Positions 28,141-40,686 of a stretch of DNA of 64,000 nt are shown here, one piece after another. The stretch spans positions 18,972,001 through 19,036,000 of the forward strand of contig NC_087245.1 of assembly GCF_037042905.1 (NCBI RefSeq), read 5' to 3'. A program made the position numbers and the translations under genes. This stretch comes from Lytechinus pictus. Lineage: Eukaryota. The stretch's first letter is position 1; the number at the start of each line of letters is the position of its first letter. Below the pieces are notes generated by a model. That model had not been told where the DNA came from and made no database searches. It saw nothing but the letters and a program-made list of their open reading frames with translations.

Positions 28141-29171
28141 TTAAAATCACACTAAAAGACACTTAAAGACATGCCTATAAAATCTGAAATTGCACAAACA
28201 CAGAGTAGAAATCTCATTGGTAATGACTTCTCTATAAGACAATTTACCTGGGAGATATTGGTGTGGGTCATTAATAGTTTGATAAGTATACTTTGTAATA
28301 GAAAAAAATGAAAATCTGCTGAACTTGACTCCAATAGCAAAACAGATGTTCTGCTGAAAACAATAAGCCTTCACCATTGCCTATAAAGCAAAATATAATC
28401 TTGATAAGATTTGATAGGTAAAAAAATAGCATAGCAAACTTTTTTTCCCTTTAAATCACTGTTTGAAGTTTGAGTCAAATTCTTCTGTTTTGCCAACGCT
28501 TGATTTCATATGGAGTTCTATATAAAATCATACATCATAATGATGATGGTGATTGTTGACCTTTCGGTCATTGCTATTGCTGTTGATGCAACAACTGCTC
28601 CTGCTCTTTTAGTGGAAGTGCTGCTGTAGATACTGTTGTTAGTGTTATTGTAAATTGTACAAACCATGACACTAGAAATAACATTAGAGGTCACCATGGA
28701 TGCACCATATACTTAAAACTTGCACTCAGTAATCAGGTTACAGCAATTCATCGTTCATCACCGTGGATCCCAGGACAAATACCAGGTACTTTGATAGCCT
28801 AACCCTCAGTCAAAGAAGAAAATATCAAGGTAGATATGGGGACTTGGGAGAAGGGAGATGAGGGATGAAGCCTGCATCTTTAGTTCCTTGACTTAAGATG
28901 GAGAATGAAGATTGATCAGAGTATCCTTCATTCAGTAGAGTCTTTAGAAAGGATGAGGCTTGACCTATATTATTACACAATGGCAGGTGAGAAGTGACGC
29001 ATTGACTGGCCTCAAACAAAAAAGAAGGCAGAAGAGAGTTGGGAAGGGTGGGGGGGGGGGTAAAACTGGTACAGTAATTTGACTATGGATGTGTTTAAGT
29101 GATAATTGAAGAACTAGAATCATGGTTTTGAAGATAGGAGGGGTGAACCATTGTTTGGTTACACCCCTTTG

Positions 29172-29385
29172 AAGGTGATGGAGGTGGGGGTGGCGGTTGT
29201 GGTGATGGTGTTGTTGGTAGAAGTGGTGGTGACAATGATGATGATGGTGATGATGATTATGAAGATGAAGATGATAAATTCAATAATAATGACAGTAATG
29301 AAAATGATGGTAATGATGATGATGATAATGATGACGATGACAGCGATGATGATGACGATTTTGGTGTCAGCAATCATGATATCAA
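29172..29385. repeat. Degenerate (GAT/GGT)n trinucleotide microsatellite
   Basis: Runs of GGT then GAT triplets. These explain the Val/Met- and Ile-rich ORFs on both strands. Confidence 0.9.
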
Positions 29386-29445
29386 TGGGGTGGACCAACC
29401 AATAACTCTAGTGCCCCTCAATGTCTACAGCTTAGAAAACCTTAA

Positions 29446-29997
29446 CCCTTTGAACCCAATAGGCCGGTATTCCGGCCTACCAGTGAACGAGCATATACCT
29501 GATTACTGAAGGCATGTGACTTCAAAAACATAGGTTCTAAATGTCGGGTAATCTTTTAGAAATGACGTCATCTTTCTAGTACGTGTAGGGATATTTAGTC
29601 GATAATTTCAGTCAAGATTGATATTGATTTCCAAAGGTTTCAGCATCAAAAATGGCCAAAATATGCCACTCTTCTGCGGTTGCTCGTGTGGCATGTGCGG
29701 TAATACACGGTGTAATAGTATGCGGCGAGTCACATGCTGACTATGTGGTAGCTATTGATAAATCTGACTCCAGTCAAAACAGTGATTTTGAGCCCAAAAC
29801 AGACACTAAAGTTTATATTTCTGTTTGTAGACTAGGTCTACGAGAAGCGAAACAACTTCAGCCGGCCCGGTCCGGGTACTAGCGGGGGGAAGATGCCGTT
29901 GGGGTTCGAATAATGGGAGTTTGTGAATGTGGTCAATACGAGCAAATAATTCAGGGTATGGGTCACCGCCGCCCCTAATAATTTAGGGTTCAAAGGG
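29446..29997. mobile_element. Non-autonomous piggyBac-like element
   Basis: TTAA TSD at 29442-45 and 29998-30001. Perfect 12-bp TIR CCCTTTGAACCC...GGGTTCAAAGGG, giving the CCC/GGG termini typical of piggyBac. CpG-rich. Confidence 0.9.
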
Positions 29998-31048
29998 TTA
30001 AACTTTAATACAAACGAAGAGTCGGATAAAAGTAGGATGAAACCGGATGGCAAGGAGGGCACGAGGATGCATTCAATGATTGAACAATTTTAAGAATCCA
30101 ATTCTACCTTCTGAGATAGATCACCCACACCCTAGTCATAGATAAAATGGCTCAACTTCCAATTATCAGATGCATATGAAGGAGGATTAAGGTAACCAAG
30201 TCAACTCATTGACAGACATAAGCCATATTCACACCAGCCCAATCAGGAAAAAAATATTTTGCTTGGCAATACTACCCCAATCACAATAATAGGATTTTTT
30301 AACTGGTGTGAAATGACCAACACATTATCAAGTACTTTTATGAATTACAGGACCAGTGACACTGGTCTAAGTAAATTATGAGAACTTTATTAGTGACACA
30401 AGAGGAATGTATATATTTCATTATAGGAATGCAGACGTCTTGTTTCAAGCTCATTAGCTACAAGAACTTTATCTGGTTCAGGCAGGTGTGAATACCTAAA
30501 ACAATTATTGAATATTTTTGTAACTGAAGAAATTCTTTGTAATACATGACAATTCATCTCAATTGGAAATCAATATTTCACCAAGACTTTTATTTTCATA
30601 AATTTTGCAACTAAACATCAAAAAAATTCTAAAATTCCAGATCTACATGAATGAAAAGCAATATCTATGAAATCATAGGCATACTTTTTGAATTTCTCAT
30701 CTAGGTGCAACATCAAGAAACATTATGTTTGTAAAATATATATGGTGCAATACAAGATTTTTACATTTTTTTTAGCCCTGTCTTCTGTAAACATTGAATT
30801 TTTTCAGAAAAAGAAAGGAAAAAATCTATAGCAAAAAACAGAGATCGATGTGGTCTGTTTCACACATTATTTTGAATAGCATGGACACATTGGTATGATT
30901 GTCTGATGAGTCCTGTTACAATATTAGTTGCTATAATGGCAAAGTTACATTAGTTGTAACTCTTTGCATAACTGGTCCCTCCTTACCAAGGGTTGCCAAC
31001 GATCCAAATCAAACTCAAACTGAAATTGATCTCAAATTTTGTAATTAA

Positions 31049-31426
31049 AGTGATTGGTTAACATTGGTTTGACTTTAAAAAAATCTGAGCTAGAAGGTCA
31101 CACTTGTCACCTGTGTCTGTGATATGTTACAAAAATGAAGCCCAGAAAAAATTGCGTTCGAAAATAATTATTTAGTGCTTCAAAAACTGAAATATAAAGT
31201 GACCGAAAACACCATCTTAATTTCATCCCATACACTTATGTGTACTATTTAGGCGTCTATAAGACGCCTATTTACAAAATCGGGGTTTGCCTTGTAGTTT
31301 TAGCTTTTCATTCTCAATAATGATTGTTTTCAGGGTTTATTAGTTCTAATACATGCACTTGTACACATTTTTCATCTTGGTTTGAGAATTTTTTAAATCG
31401 GCTGCTCACAAAGTTAAACAATACCT
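31049..31426. mobile_element. Kolobok-like MITE
   Basis: TTAA on both sides (31045-48, 31427-30). Imperfect TIR AGTGATTGGTTAACATTG...CAAAGTTAAACAATACCT. Confidence 0.7.
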
Positions 31427-32091
31427 TTAAGAGGTAGTAATCTAAACTAGATCAATTGCGATTTGAGTTTGAAATGAATCTCTTGCAGCTCTTTGTAAGG
31501 AGACCTGATCTGCAAGTTTGTTCAAAAGCCGAGAAAACTGTAACATATCAAACCTTGTAAAAGTGCAACCCCATGAAGTGATATTGACATAACTAATATC
31601 AGAAACATATGGAACCTCCTTCCTTCCGATATAACTCTCTACGTTACACATAACAGTCTTTCCGCAAGAGGTCATACGAAAAACAAATGAAGTGCAATGT
31701 ATTTCAAGTACAAAGTTTCAAATGAATCTCAATTATGTATTTTGATATCAAAGTACATGTCTTCAGGGGATTTGTACAGGAACTGAAATGATTGAAACTC
31801 AAGGGAATTTAGCAGAATACATACTTTGTATTGATGACAGTAGAAATGACCAACAAAGAATGAGAAAGTGAAACAAAAATACTCATACAAAAATAGAAAA
31901 GTAGTTAAATTATTGAAATTTATTAAAGAGGAAATTGCCATGGCTAAGACAAAAAAGCAGTGACATTCCAAAGAAAAGGGCATCTTGGGAAGGCAATGAG
32001 AGATGAAATGAAATAAATTATCTCCATCCTTCATCATTAAGTGTGTTCAAAGACTGCATTCACTTTCACTTTCCTGATCCAATGATCTTAA

Positions 32092-32557
32092 AGGGGAAGT
32101 TATCCCTGACAAAAAGTTTATTGTAAAAATAACAGAAAAAAATAATTAAAAAGTATTGCCTAAGTTTTGAGAAAAAACATCAAAGAATTAAAAAGTTTTT
32201 AGAATTTAGTTATTTGATTTCTGACGTCATAAGCGAGCAGCATTCCTACATAGTACATGGTAAAAAAATTAATGAAATGTCTTTTTCTCAGAAAATTGAA
32301 AATGGTTTTATTGTACCTTCAGTATATCAATAAACAAATCATTTCACACTCAATCATGAATAGAAAACAAAAATAAGTCATCAGGAACCATTAAACAAAT
32401 GAAATTAATGCATTTTATATTACACAACATATAAGCAGCTGCTCGTTTATGACGTCACAAATCAAAAAATGGATTTTCCTCAAACCTTCACCATTATTTT
32501 CTATTATATTTTCTGCTTATTTTTACAACAAACTTTTCTTCAGGGTGAACTTCCCCT
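32092..32557. mobile_element. Kolobok-like MITE
   Basis: TTAA TSD (32088-91, 32558-61). TIR AGGGGAAGTT..CCCTGA...TCAGGGTGAACTTCCCCT. Internal inverted TGACGTCATAA(G/A)CGAGCAGC. Confidence 0.9.
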
Positions 32558-32594
32558 TTAAGTAATCTTATAAACCGGATTACAAGAACAAATG

Positions 32595-32763
32595 TGATTT
32601 TTATTTGCAGATCACCCAGAGTGTACATAAAACTGTTTTGTTAAAAGAAAAGAACTTCAAATTTCTTATTTTACATCTAATTTTGATGAAATTTTCAAGA
32701 ATAGTTTATTTCGCTTTTCTCTAATTATATTCAAATCAATTTGCTGTTGAGTGAACTTGGCCT
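32595..32763. mobile_element. Right-end fragment of the Kolobok-like family seen complete at 52164
   Basis: TCTTATTTTACATC..ATTTTGATGAAATTTTCA and the terminal GTGAACTTGGCCT|TTAA match 52640-52746. Confidence 0.7.
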
Positions 32764-35700
32764 TTAAAGGTAAAATGAATAAATGATTGTGATGATTTAT
32801 TCCGTTATGTCAAAGGCTTTTGTTGAGCCTTTTAACTGCAGAGATCTCCTCCAAACCTTATATCCACAGAGATGTAACAAGCCATGCGGCATCGTGGCGA
32901 TACCAGTTACTGACATTGATGGAGGGACAGTACAGTAGCTATGGCATTTGGTGTGATGTAAACACTGTCAAATCAATTAGAATCCGTGAACAATGACAAG
33001 ATGGACAGTGTGGATGACGCATGACATGTTGTCCTCTCCAAGCCCGGCAGAGATGGCTCCATCACGGGATCCTGGTAGGTTGCCCAGGTTCGGTGGAATT
33101 CCAACACGTTCCACAGCTCAGGTGTGGAAACCTTCATCACATCCAAGGAAAGGGTAGCTCACCTATGGCACGAAAGCAGGTTACTCCATTTTCAAGAAAT
33201 GACATCAGCAATAAGCAATCGCTCCAGGTATTTTCTTGGACTTTTATGCAGAAACCCCACTAAAAGTGTACTCCTTTTTAGGTTGATCCTCACTATCTGA
33301 AAGACTGCCCAATGCTGGCCTAAATAGCAACAGGTAATGTATGCGTATTGATTTCCAGGTATAAAATTAAATAATACCAGCCCAAAATATGAAATTGTGT
33401 GTATACCTTCGTGCAGCCATATAGCACGACTGTGAATAATACATCATCTCTTTGCTAATTACTGTAACGTATGTGGACTTTCAGTGAAGGCAGGTGTGGC
33501 CCTTCAATTTCACACCCAATTGTGCTCTCCCCTCCATTTTTTGGGTCCCAGACCCCTAGACCAAGAGAGAAGAGATAAAGTTACCCAACAACTTTTCAGA
33601 TTGCATGACATGAGGGGAATTTTTCTATGACTTTACCTTTTTACATCAAATTTCTTATGTACTCTCATTGTTTGCCATGCTACAAGATTACCTTTAATGA
33701 ACCATACATTAAAAATAAAGAAACTAATTGTTAAATTATGAAAAAAAGGGGGTGTAAGAAGCCAAGTCAGGCTTTTCTCACATAATGAATGCTCTCTTCC
33801 AATCTTTATTTTCCCATTATTGTCATTCTGTCTATACTCTATGACAATGTATGAGATTACTGACAATTAATTCTTATTTTAAACAAAGAATTTCATCAAA
33901 ATGTGAACACAGTCAAATATGAATTGACTGGGATTTTTCTTTTCCTGCTAGTTCTAAATGTATACCACATATCTCTCTAATATGGGCACAGGAATTTAAA
34001 TACCAAGTCCTAGAATACAGAAATCCTGGCCTGATTTTTTGAGATTCCACTTATACCTGAGTGGAATATTTGATGATCTTTTACACATGTCTTTTATACA
34101 TTCAAAGGACACAATTTGACACTATATTTAATCATTTTCAGATCAATATTCATTTTCTACTATTTAACTAGAAATGAACTTTAATAGCTTTAGCAAGCCA
34201 CATCAATCATTGTTCCAATGAAAATTGTTCTGCTTACGAGTGTTGCAAGTGCCATAATTACACCCACTCATTTGACAAACCAAAATTCAAACGCACTGCA
34301 ACAAAATGAGCATATAAATCTGCAAGGTGAACAGGAAGACTGACTTGGCTCTCATTCAGAGATCACATAATTACAAGATAAACATGTAATTGCAGGAAAA
34401 ATGCACATCAATGGCAAACCTTGTCCCTATAATGCCTCGGCCAACCCCTTCAACCTTGATCGATTTGCAGGCTGATTCAGAGAACATGAAAGAAAAACAC
34501 TGCCATTTAGAATCATTTTCTTATAGCAATGTGCGCTTTCTGATTTGGCATCAAGTCCAAGGACCCAATTTTCCTTTCCATCTATTAATACATCCATTGC
34601 AATCAAACCAAAGCCCACTCACTTGCTGCAATCCTGCCCTTGGTATTCCCTACCCCGCGTTTCAAAGGTTATGACCGTGGCCATCTTCCAAGTGCACCAA
34701 GATCGTCAACCCATTTCCGAAAGCTGGATACACGGGGGATGGGATCGTGCATGGCAACCTCTTGGCAAAGAGACAACAAATTTCACCGCCCCCTCTAGCC
34801 GTAAAGTAACGGTGGCAGAGCGTGAACGTTCGTAGGAATGCACCGGCTACTGACACCCATGGTAACTAACAGGGGTAATTCAATTGTGAATAAACTTTCA
34901 AGAAAACACCTAACTTCTGGTTTGGAGCCAATATGTCCCTGCTCTTTATGTCAACTGCTAAATGTATAATCTTGTTCTACTTCCTTCTTCTTTGCTTTCT
35001 CATTCCTGCCATGTGTAGATTCCAAACTGTTCCTCAACAAACATCAATCTTTATATTGTTGTTGGCAGGCGTCTGACATTTTCATTTCAATGTGACAAGC
35101 TGTCAGAGAATGCATTTACACATTTTTTTTTGTACACCATACAAGCAAGCACTATATTGATTGTATCTTTTCTGTTTAAATTATTAATCTGTTGACAACC
35201 GAATTTTGCAAATAATATAGACATGGTATATGGCTCACAAGGTACGAGTAAGCAACAGGTTAATTGGCCCAGTGGTCGAGCACCTGTTTGTGGCTGAGAT
35301 GGAATCAAAGCCACTGGTCCAAAGTCTTGAGGACACTACATAAAGACTTCTCCTACAGACTTTGTACACTTGACTTGAACCATGGCCGGCAATAATGACC
35401 TCGACCCCATCATCGCCAACTGGGGGCCCAGTAACGTCAACCTAATATGTATCCCTGTATTGTGAAAGAGAGGTCATAGGTTCAATCCCCAACCAAGTCA
35501 TGCCTAACACTTTTTTGAAAAAAAATTTAAAAATAAAATTGAACCTGAAGATATTTAGCCAGGTAACCAGCACTGGATGTTGACAGGTAATGGTAGCATC
35601 TGCAAGTCTTGCTGAAAGTGGCAAACCTGAGTTACGAACACATTTTCCCCCCAAATCATGCCTAGTTTAGAAATGCAGTAGTATATATGCACTATCCTCT

Positions 35701-36364
35701 AGTTCATGACCAGAAATATTATGAAGTCCTGAGGAGTCCTTTGTCATGCAAATAGGGAGAAAAGAAAAGGGGGAGATAAAGAATGAGTAAAATTTAATCA
35801 TAAACACACCAGAGTTGGATATGCTGGAACACCATAATTCGTCCTATGTGATCAGATTTTGGTAATGTTTTTCCTTCCCTGTGTTGTGAAAACAAGTGAC
35901 AGTGCAATTCATGATTATAACAAGATCTGAGTATAAAGGGAGAAGAGGTGAAGAAGAAGAAGAGGGGAAATAGGAGAATGTAATGAACAGTAAAAAGAAA
36001 TAGCAATACAGGTGAAATGGAAAACAGCATAAAAAGCAGAATCTATTAAGAATTGATGAAGTACCCTTTCTCAGTCAAGCAATAACCAATGAATCGCAAA
36101 TATGACTTCTTACCAATCACGGGGTGTGGGAGGAGGGTATATTTAGAATTATTCTTTTTGATGAAATATGTTTCTATGGAGGTCTGGGACAGTGGTATAA
36201 TCCTCATCAATAACTGATTCTAACAGCATGCTGGCGTGATTCATTCTGCTTTGCATAATGCATAAGGCACGCGCCATCCCTCCGGGATCACCTCTCAAAA
36301 AAACCATTGCCTTTTCATACAGAGGTCAATAACACCTAACTGTCTTCCCTCCTTTCTCCTATTT

Positions 36365-36375
36365 ACCCCCCCCCC

Positions 36376-36412
<37 letters not shown>

Positions 36413-36560
36413 GTATCTATCTCTCACTTCTTCTCTTTCCCTTCTACATCTGCCTCTTTTCTCTAAACCCCCTCTCTCTAATTCTCCTTTTTTCTCTCCT
36501 TCCCCTATATCTGTCTCCTCTCTTTATTCTCTCCACATTCCCTCATTTCTCTTCCCCCAC
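36365..36560. repeat. Poly-C plus (CT)n microsatellite in a polypyrimidine tract
   Basis: C-run followed by ~13 CT units and ~150 bp of pyrimidine-rich sequence. Confidence 0.85.
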
Positions 36561-38567
36561 AACACATTCAGTACCTTTCTATGTACATGCAGGCCTATTC
36601 ATCTTAAGGTTATTAAAATTTCATATACCACTGCATGCTAGCTTGCTAATATATCAACCCTTCAACATTTACATCAATCACAGGGAATAAATCAGCATAA
36701 AATTCAACATTAACCATCCATTCCTCCTCCAATAAGAAAACAAGGGATTTTTATTATCTAACGATAAGAAATGGATGTCAATCACAGACCCAATAAGAAA
36801 ACTACTTTCAGTGGAACAAAATCAATATCAAATCGTTAAATGAAAATATGGCCTATAAATAGCTGGTTGTAAATATCTATCTCCTTTATACAATGAGTGA
36901 ATGGCTATTATAACTCAATCGATCATTCCATTGTTTTGATCACTTTTCCTTTTGTAGGGACAGAGTTCAAATCAAAGACGAGCTTCAACATTCCTCTTAC
37001 AAGATTATTGTAAAAGATAACAAATGACTGTATAAACTAAAAAATTTGATATAAAGCAAAGATAGAAATCAGCACAAATCATTTAACACATCGTCTGAGA
37101 TGATTTTATTGAATGTTGCAACACAAGAGCACATACTTGTTTGCATTCTCCACCATCCCTCCATCATAAAAAGAGGACATTTTGTATGATTTTGAGCAGC
37201 TGTATCCCTAAAAGGGACATACCTCACTGAAACATACAACATTAATGCCCAGCTGCCAGTCGCGTTTCCTCCCGCACCACAGAAACAAAACGAAACGCAC
37301 ACAGGAGTAACAATGCGCCCGGGTCTAAGATTTTTGGGCATGCCAGGTCAATGGCCTGCCATCTGGAAACATTATAATCTGCAGCTGTCTCCAGGAGGAG
37401 AAGTGCCACTTCATCATGTCCAGAAACATCACATTAGTATGCATGTTCATAGAACATGGATCCAGAGGTCACTCACACCCTGACGTGACCAGTTTACGCA
37501 GAACAAGCCTTGAATGCATCTCATCTACGCTTTACACAGCGTGATTGTTTATTGATTTTCTTCAATGTATGTTTGGCTTCTGTACTTCCAGGGTGCCTAG
37601 TCAATAATCATAACCCTTTTAAATGTATAATACATAAGGCCATGTTGGACTACAATTTATGGATAACCAAATGATACTAAGAACACGAACATATGGCAAA
37701 GACAGAATCTGAGTCAAACTCCAACAAGCCAAGATTTTTTTAAAATAAATATAAATGGAGCAGAAGATCTGAGTATATTTAAACATTTTCATGGAATATG
37801 ACTAAAGTAAACTTGAAAAAAAATGAACATATTCCTTTCAAGAGAATCAAAACAAACCACTAAGTTGGCAGGGGATTCATTAGACACACAAAAGGTTTTT
37901 TTTTAAAGCAAAACTCCATTCTTTTTTTTCTTCTTTGTGTCTTTATTAAAAACTTCTATAATAATGAGAGAACATAACAATTGAATGACATAAAAAAGTA
38001 AGTTTACAAACCAAAACTCCATTCTGCTTGAGTTTGTTACAAAATGCTAATGAATTGACTTGTTTCATGTTACAAGTAAAAAATCCCTGGAGATATGGAA
38101 GAGAATTTCCTACAATTTCCTAAAATGTATCACAAGATTCAATTTAAAACAAGAAAAAATCTTGTAAAAATGGAATGAATGAAATTTTGACACTGAAGAC
38201 TCATCATGACAGAAAATACATGGAATGCCACTAAGCTCATGAATTAGTCAATAATCTTCAATTCTTCAATAGTCTTACTCTTCAGCCTCTGCTTACCTTT
38301 GTGGATTCTTCCAATATAAATGATGTCATATTGTGTGTTGAGATGGGGAAGAAAAACTCCAATAATTTCATGTATTTTATTGTTTTCTATAGAAAGTCAA
38401 TTGGAGCATTTTACAATAGAATGATTGGTCTCATTATCTATGATCTCTCTCCTGACAACCCTATACCATAAAATTGAAGAAAAAAAATCACAAAAAAATA
38501 TTGATTGGAAAATTTACATTTACTATCTTAGGACAATTCTATAATTTTCATGTAGAAATATCTCAAT

Positions 38568-39033
38568 AGGTGGTTTCAAACCGCCTCGATCATAAGAATC
38601 CCCGTTAAATTACGAGAACTTTTTAGGCTAAAAAATACTGATTAATTATTCCTGCATTCACACCGCCCTGAAACATACCCTTCGGGATAAGTTCCTGAAG
38701 TTACGAGCATGCGCAGTATGGTCTGATAAGCAGGCAGGGCGCGAGATTCAAAATCACTAGCTGAGCAGCCACCCACGGCGCCCGCGCCCTATTACACTCT
38801 GGGCTAAAAGTTCCCGTAAATTGCTTTCACATTGCCAAAATACCTGCGACCTTGGAAAAATCCCCGCGAAAGTTCTTGTAATTTTGACAAGTACCTACTA
38901 TTTAGTGGGTATTTCCTTTCGGGGAGATTTGCTTTTACACTGCCAATATTACCTGGTATTTTCTGATCGGGGTAAATTTCCCGATCAGAAAATACCTGAA
39001 ACTGACTAACTTCAAGGCGGTCTGAAACCACCT
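38568..39033 (+). mobile_element. MITE family B, copy 1 (Harbinger-like)
   Basis: TIR AGGTGGTTTCAAACCGCCT...AGGCGGTCTGAAACCACCT. 3-bp TSD AAT (38565-67, 39034-36). Reverse-complement copy at 54484-54902. Strand is relative only. Confidence 0.92.
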
Positions 39034-39059
39034 AATTATATATTTTTTTCAAAATTATT

Positions 39060-39258
39060 GAACGTGAGGTTAATGGGTACCAAGTAATATTAATTCCTTT
39101 AAATGCACCGAGCACTGAAAGGCAGCTAGAGCTAAAGCTGGGGTAATTATAATAATGATAACAATGCACCTCGAAATAGATTATTTCTCGATAGATGGCG
39201 CAATATCAATGGTTATTATTATTATCATTATAATTATCATTATTATTATCATCATTAT
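39060..39258 (+). mobile_element. SINE 3' part with (ATT)n tail
   Basis: AATGGGTACC core similar to the other SINE relics, ending in an (ATT/ATC)n simple-repeat tail. Confidence 0.55.
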
Positions 39259-40082
39259 TGTATGTATTATTGAAGAGGCCTACTTTTGTTAGATTAGAAT
39301 GATATACACGTGGGCCTATGAGTAGAGTTATGTGCAGACTCTGAAACATAATTTTTCATACATTTTTGTTTCTTTAAATATTATGCATAATCCTTGATTT
39401 ATGGATCACATAATGTGCAATCAACAGACAGAAGAATGTGAAAGTGTGTGCTTTCCACAACTAATGCTGGTCAATGGCCTTTAGCTCAGCAACACCCATC
39501 TGCACTCGAACAAAGGAGATATGGCAATCTGGCGCCATTCGTATGTGAAGCCTGCGAGTAATGAAAAAACAGGAGGGTAGTCTTTCCAAATGACAACTTA
39601 CGGGCAAGGAGATGCTAAGATTAAATCAATGCCTCCTAGTTCTTGAATGTTAATGTATGTGGACTAAGTAAAGAAATGGATGCTATTTGCCCCGACCCAA
39701 CACTTACAAAATGTAAAGTGTGCGTTACTGCCAGCAAAACTAATGGCTGTGGCGTTCAACCAAGGAAATTGAAATTCACCCCCAGTTCAGCATTTTCAAG
39801 TTATTAGAAAACATAAAGGGATTTACATACATTCTCTATTCTTTTGAGGTACATTATTACTTTTATCTTTCATTTGTCCAATGGCCTTTTTGCCATCACG
39901 AAGCCTGCATGGCATACCATTTGATTCATTCTTGGATGCGTCCGAATTGTAGAGTAGCCATTTTGTGATTTCATTTTTTACAGATGAGTTAATATTCAAT
40001 AAGCAAGTATTTTCAGGACTATTCGAAAAGGCATTTTACATGGGATTTTTCCGATTCATAACTTATTATCTTGAATCAAGAA

Positions 40083-40198
40083 CAGGGCCCTATTTATAAA
40101 AACTTAATAAGTGTAATAATCACCTAATTGTGTACTGTGCAAGTGTGGCCTAGATGAAATTAGATGATAACATTCAGGTTTTGTGAAAATGGGCCCTG
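40083..40198. mobile_element. Short MITE
   Basis: Imperfect TIR CAGGGCCCTATTTATAAAAC...GTTTTGTGAAAATGGGCCCTG. Confidence 0.5.
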
Positions 40199-40589
40199 GT
40201 GTTTAACATGGCATGTAGGCTAATAAAAATAAAACATGCCCTATCACCTATGTACTCTCTCCTGCCAGGTTGCACACCTGACATGGTCCATCCGGCTCCC
40301 ACAGACAGGGAGCAACTTCTCTGACCTTACATTCTTAACCTGAACCTCTGCCTTTTTAACTGCCCATTTTTACCCGCTTTGAATTTTTATACAACTCCCA
40401 AACACCAGCATGCCTTCATGAAGTGATGGTTCTGAGGGAAACATCGCATGCAGCGCATATACGCAGTAATGCATGTACTCTTTTGCCGAAATTGCAATAA
40501 TTTAGGTTTTTTTGCTTACATTTTGTTTTGGAGAAAGCCATTTTCTTTGTTTCATCATGTCATTGTCACTTGACTGACAAAATCATTAT

Positions 40590-40686
40590 TCTGTAATTAT
40601 TTGTACAGGGCTCTCTCGAAAAGCAGTTTTTATGTACTGAAGAGACCACCCTGTCTAAGGAAAACAAATAAATAATAAATAAATAA
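40590..40686 (+). mobile_element. 3' end relic of a CR1/L2-group LINE
   Basis: Stem-loop ACAGGG-CTCT...AGAG-ACCACCCTGT followed by an (AATA)n tail. Confidence 0.5.

Noticed and set aside
29151-29405. Met/Val-rich and Ile-rich ORFs on both strands
   Set aside because: Translations of a (GAT/GGT)n microsatellite.
36263-36273. TAAGGCACGCG, identical to the first 11 nt of miR-124
   Set aside because: The 3' half does not match and no miR-124 star arm is present.
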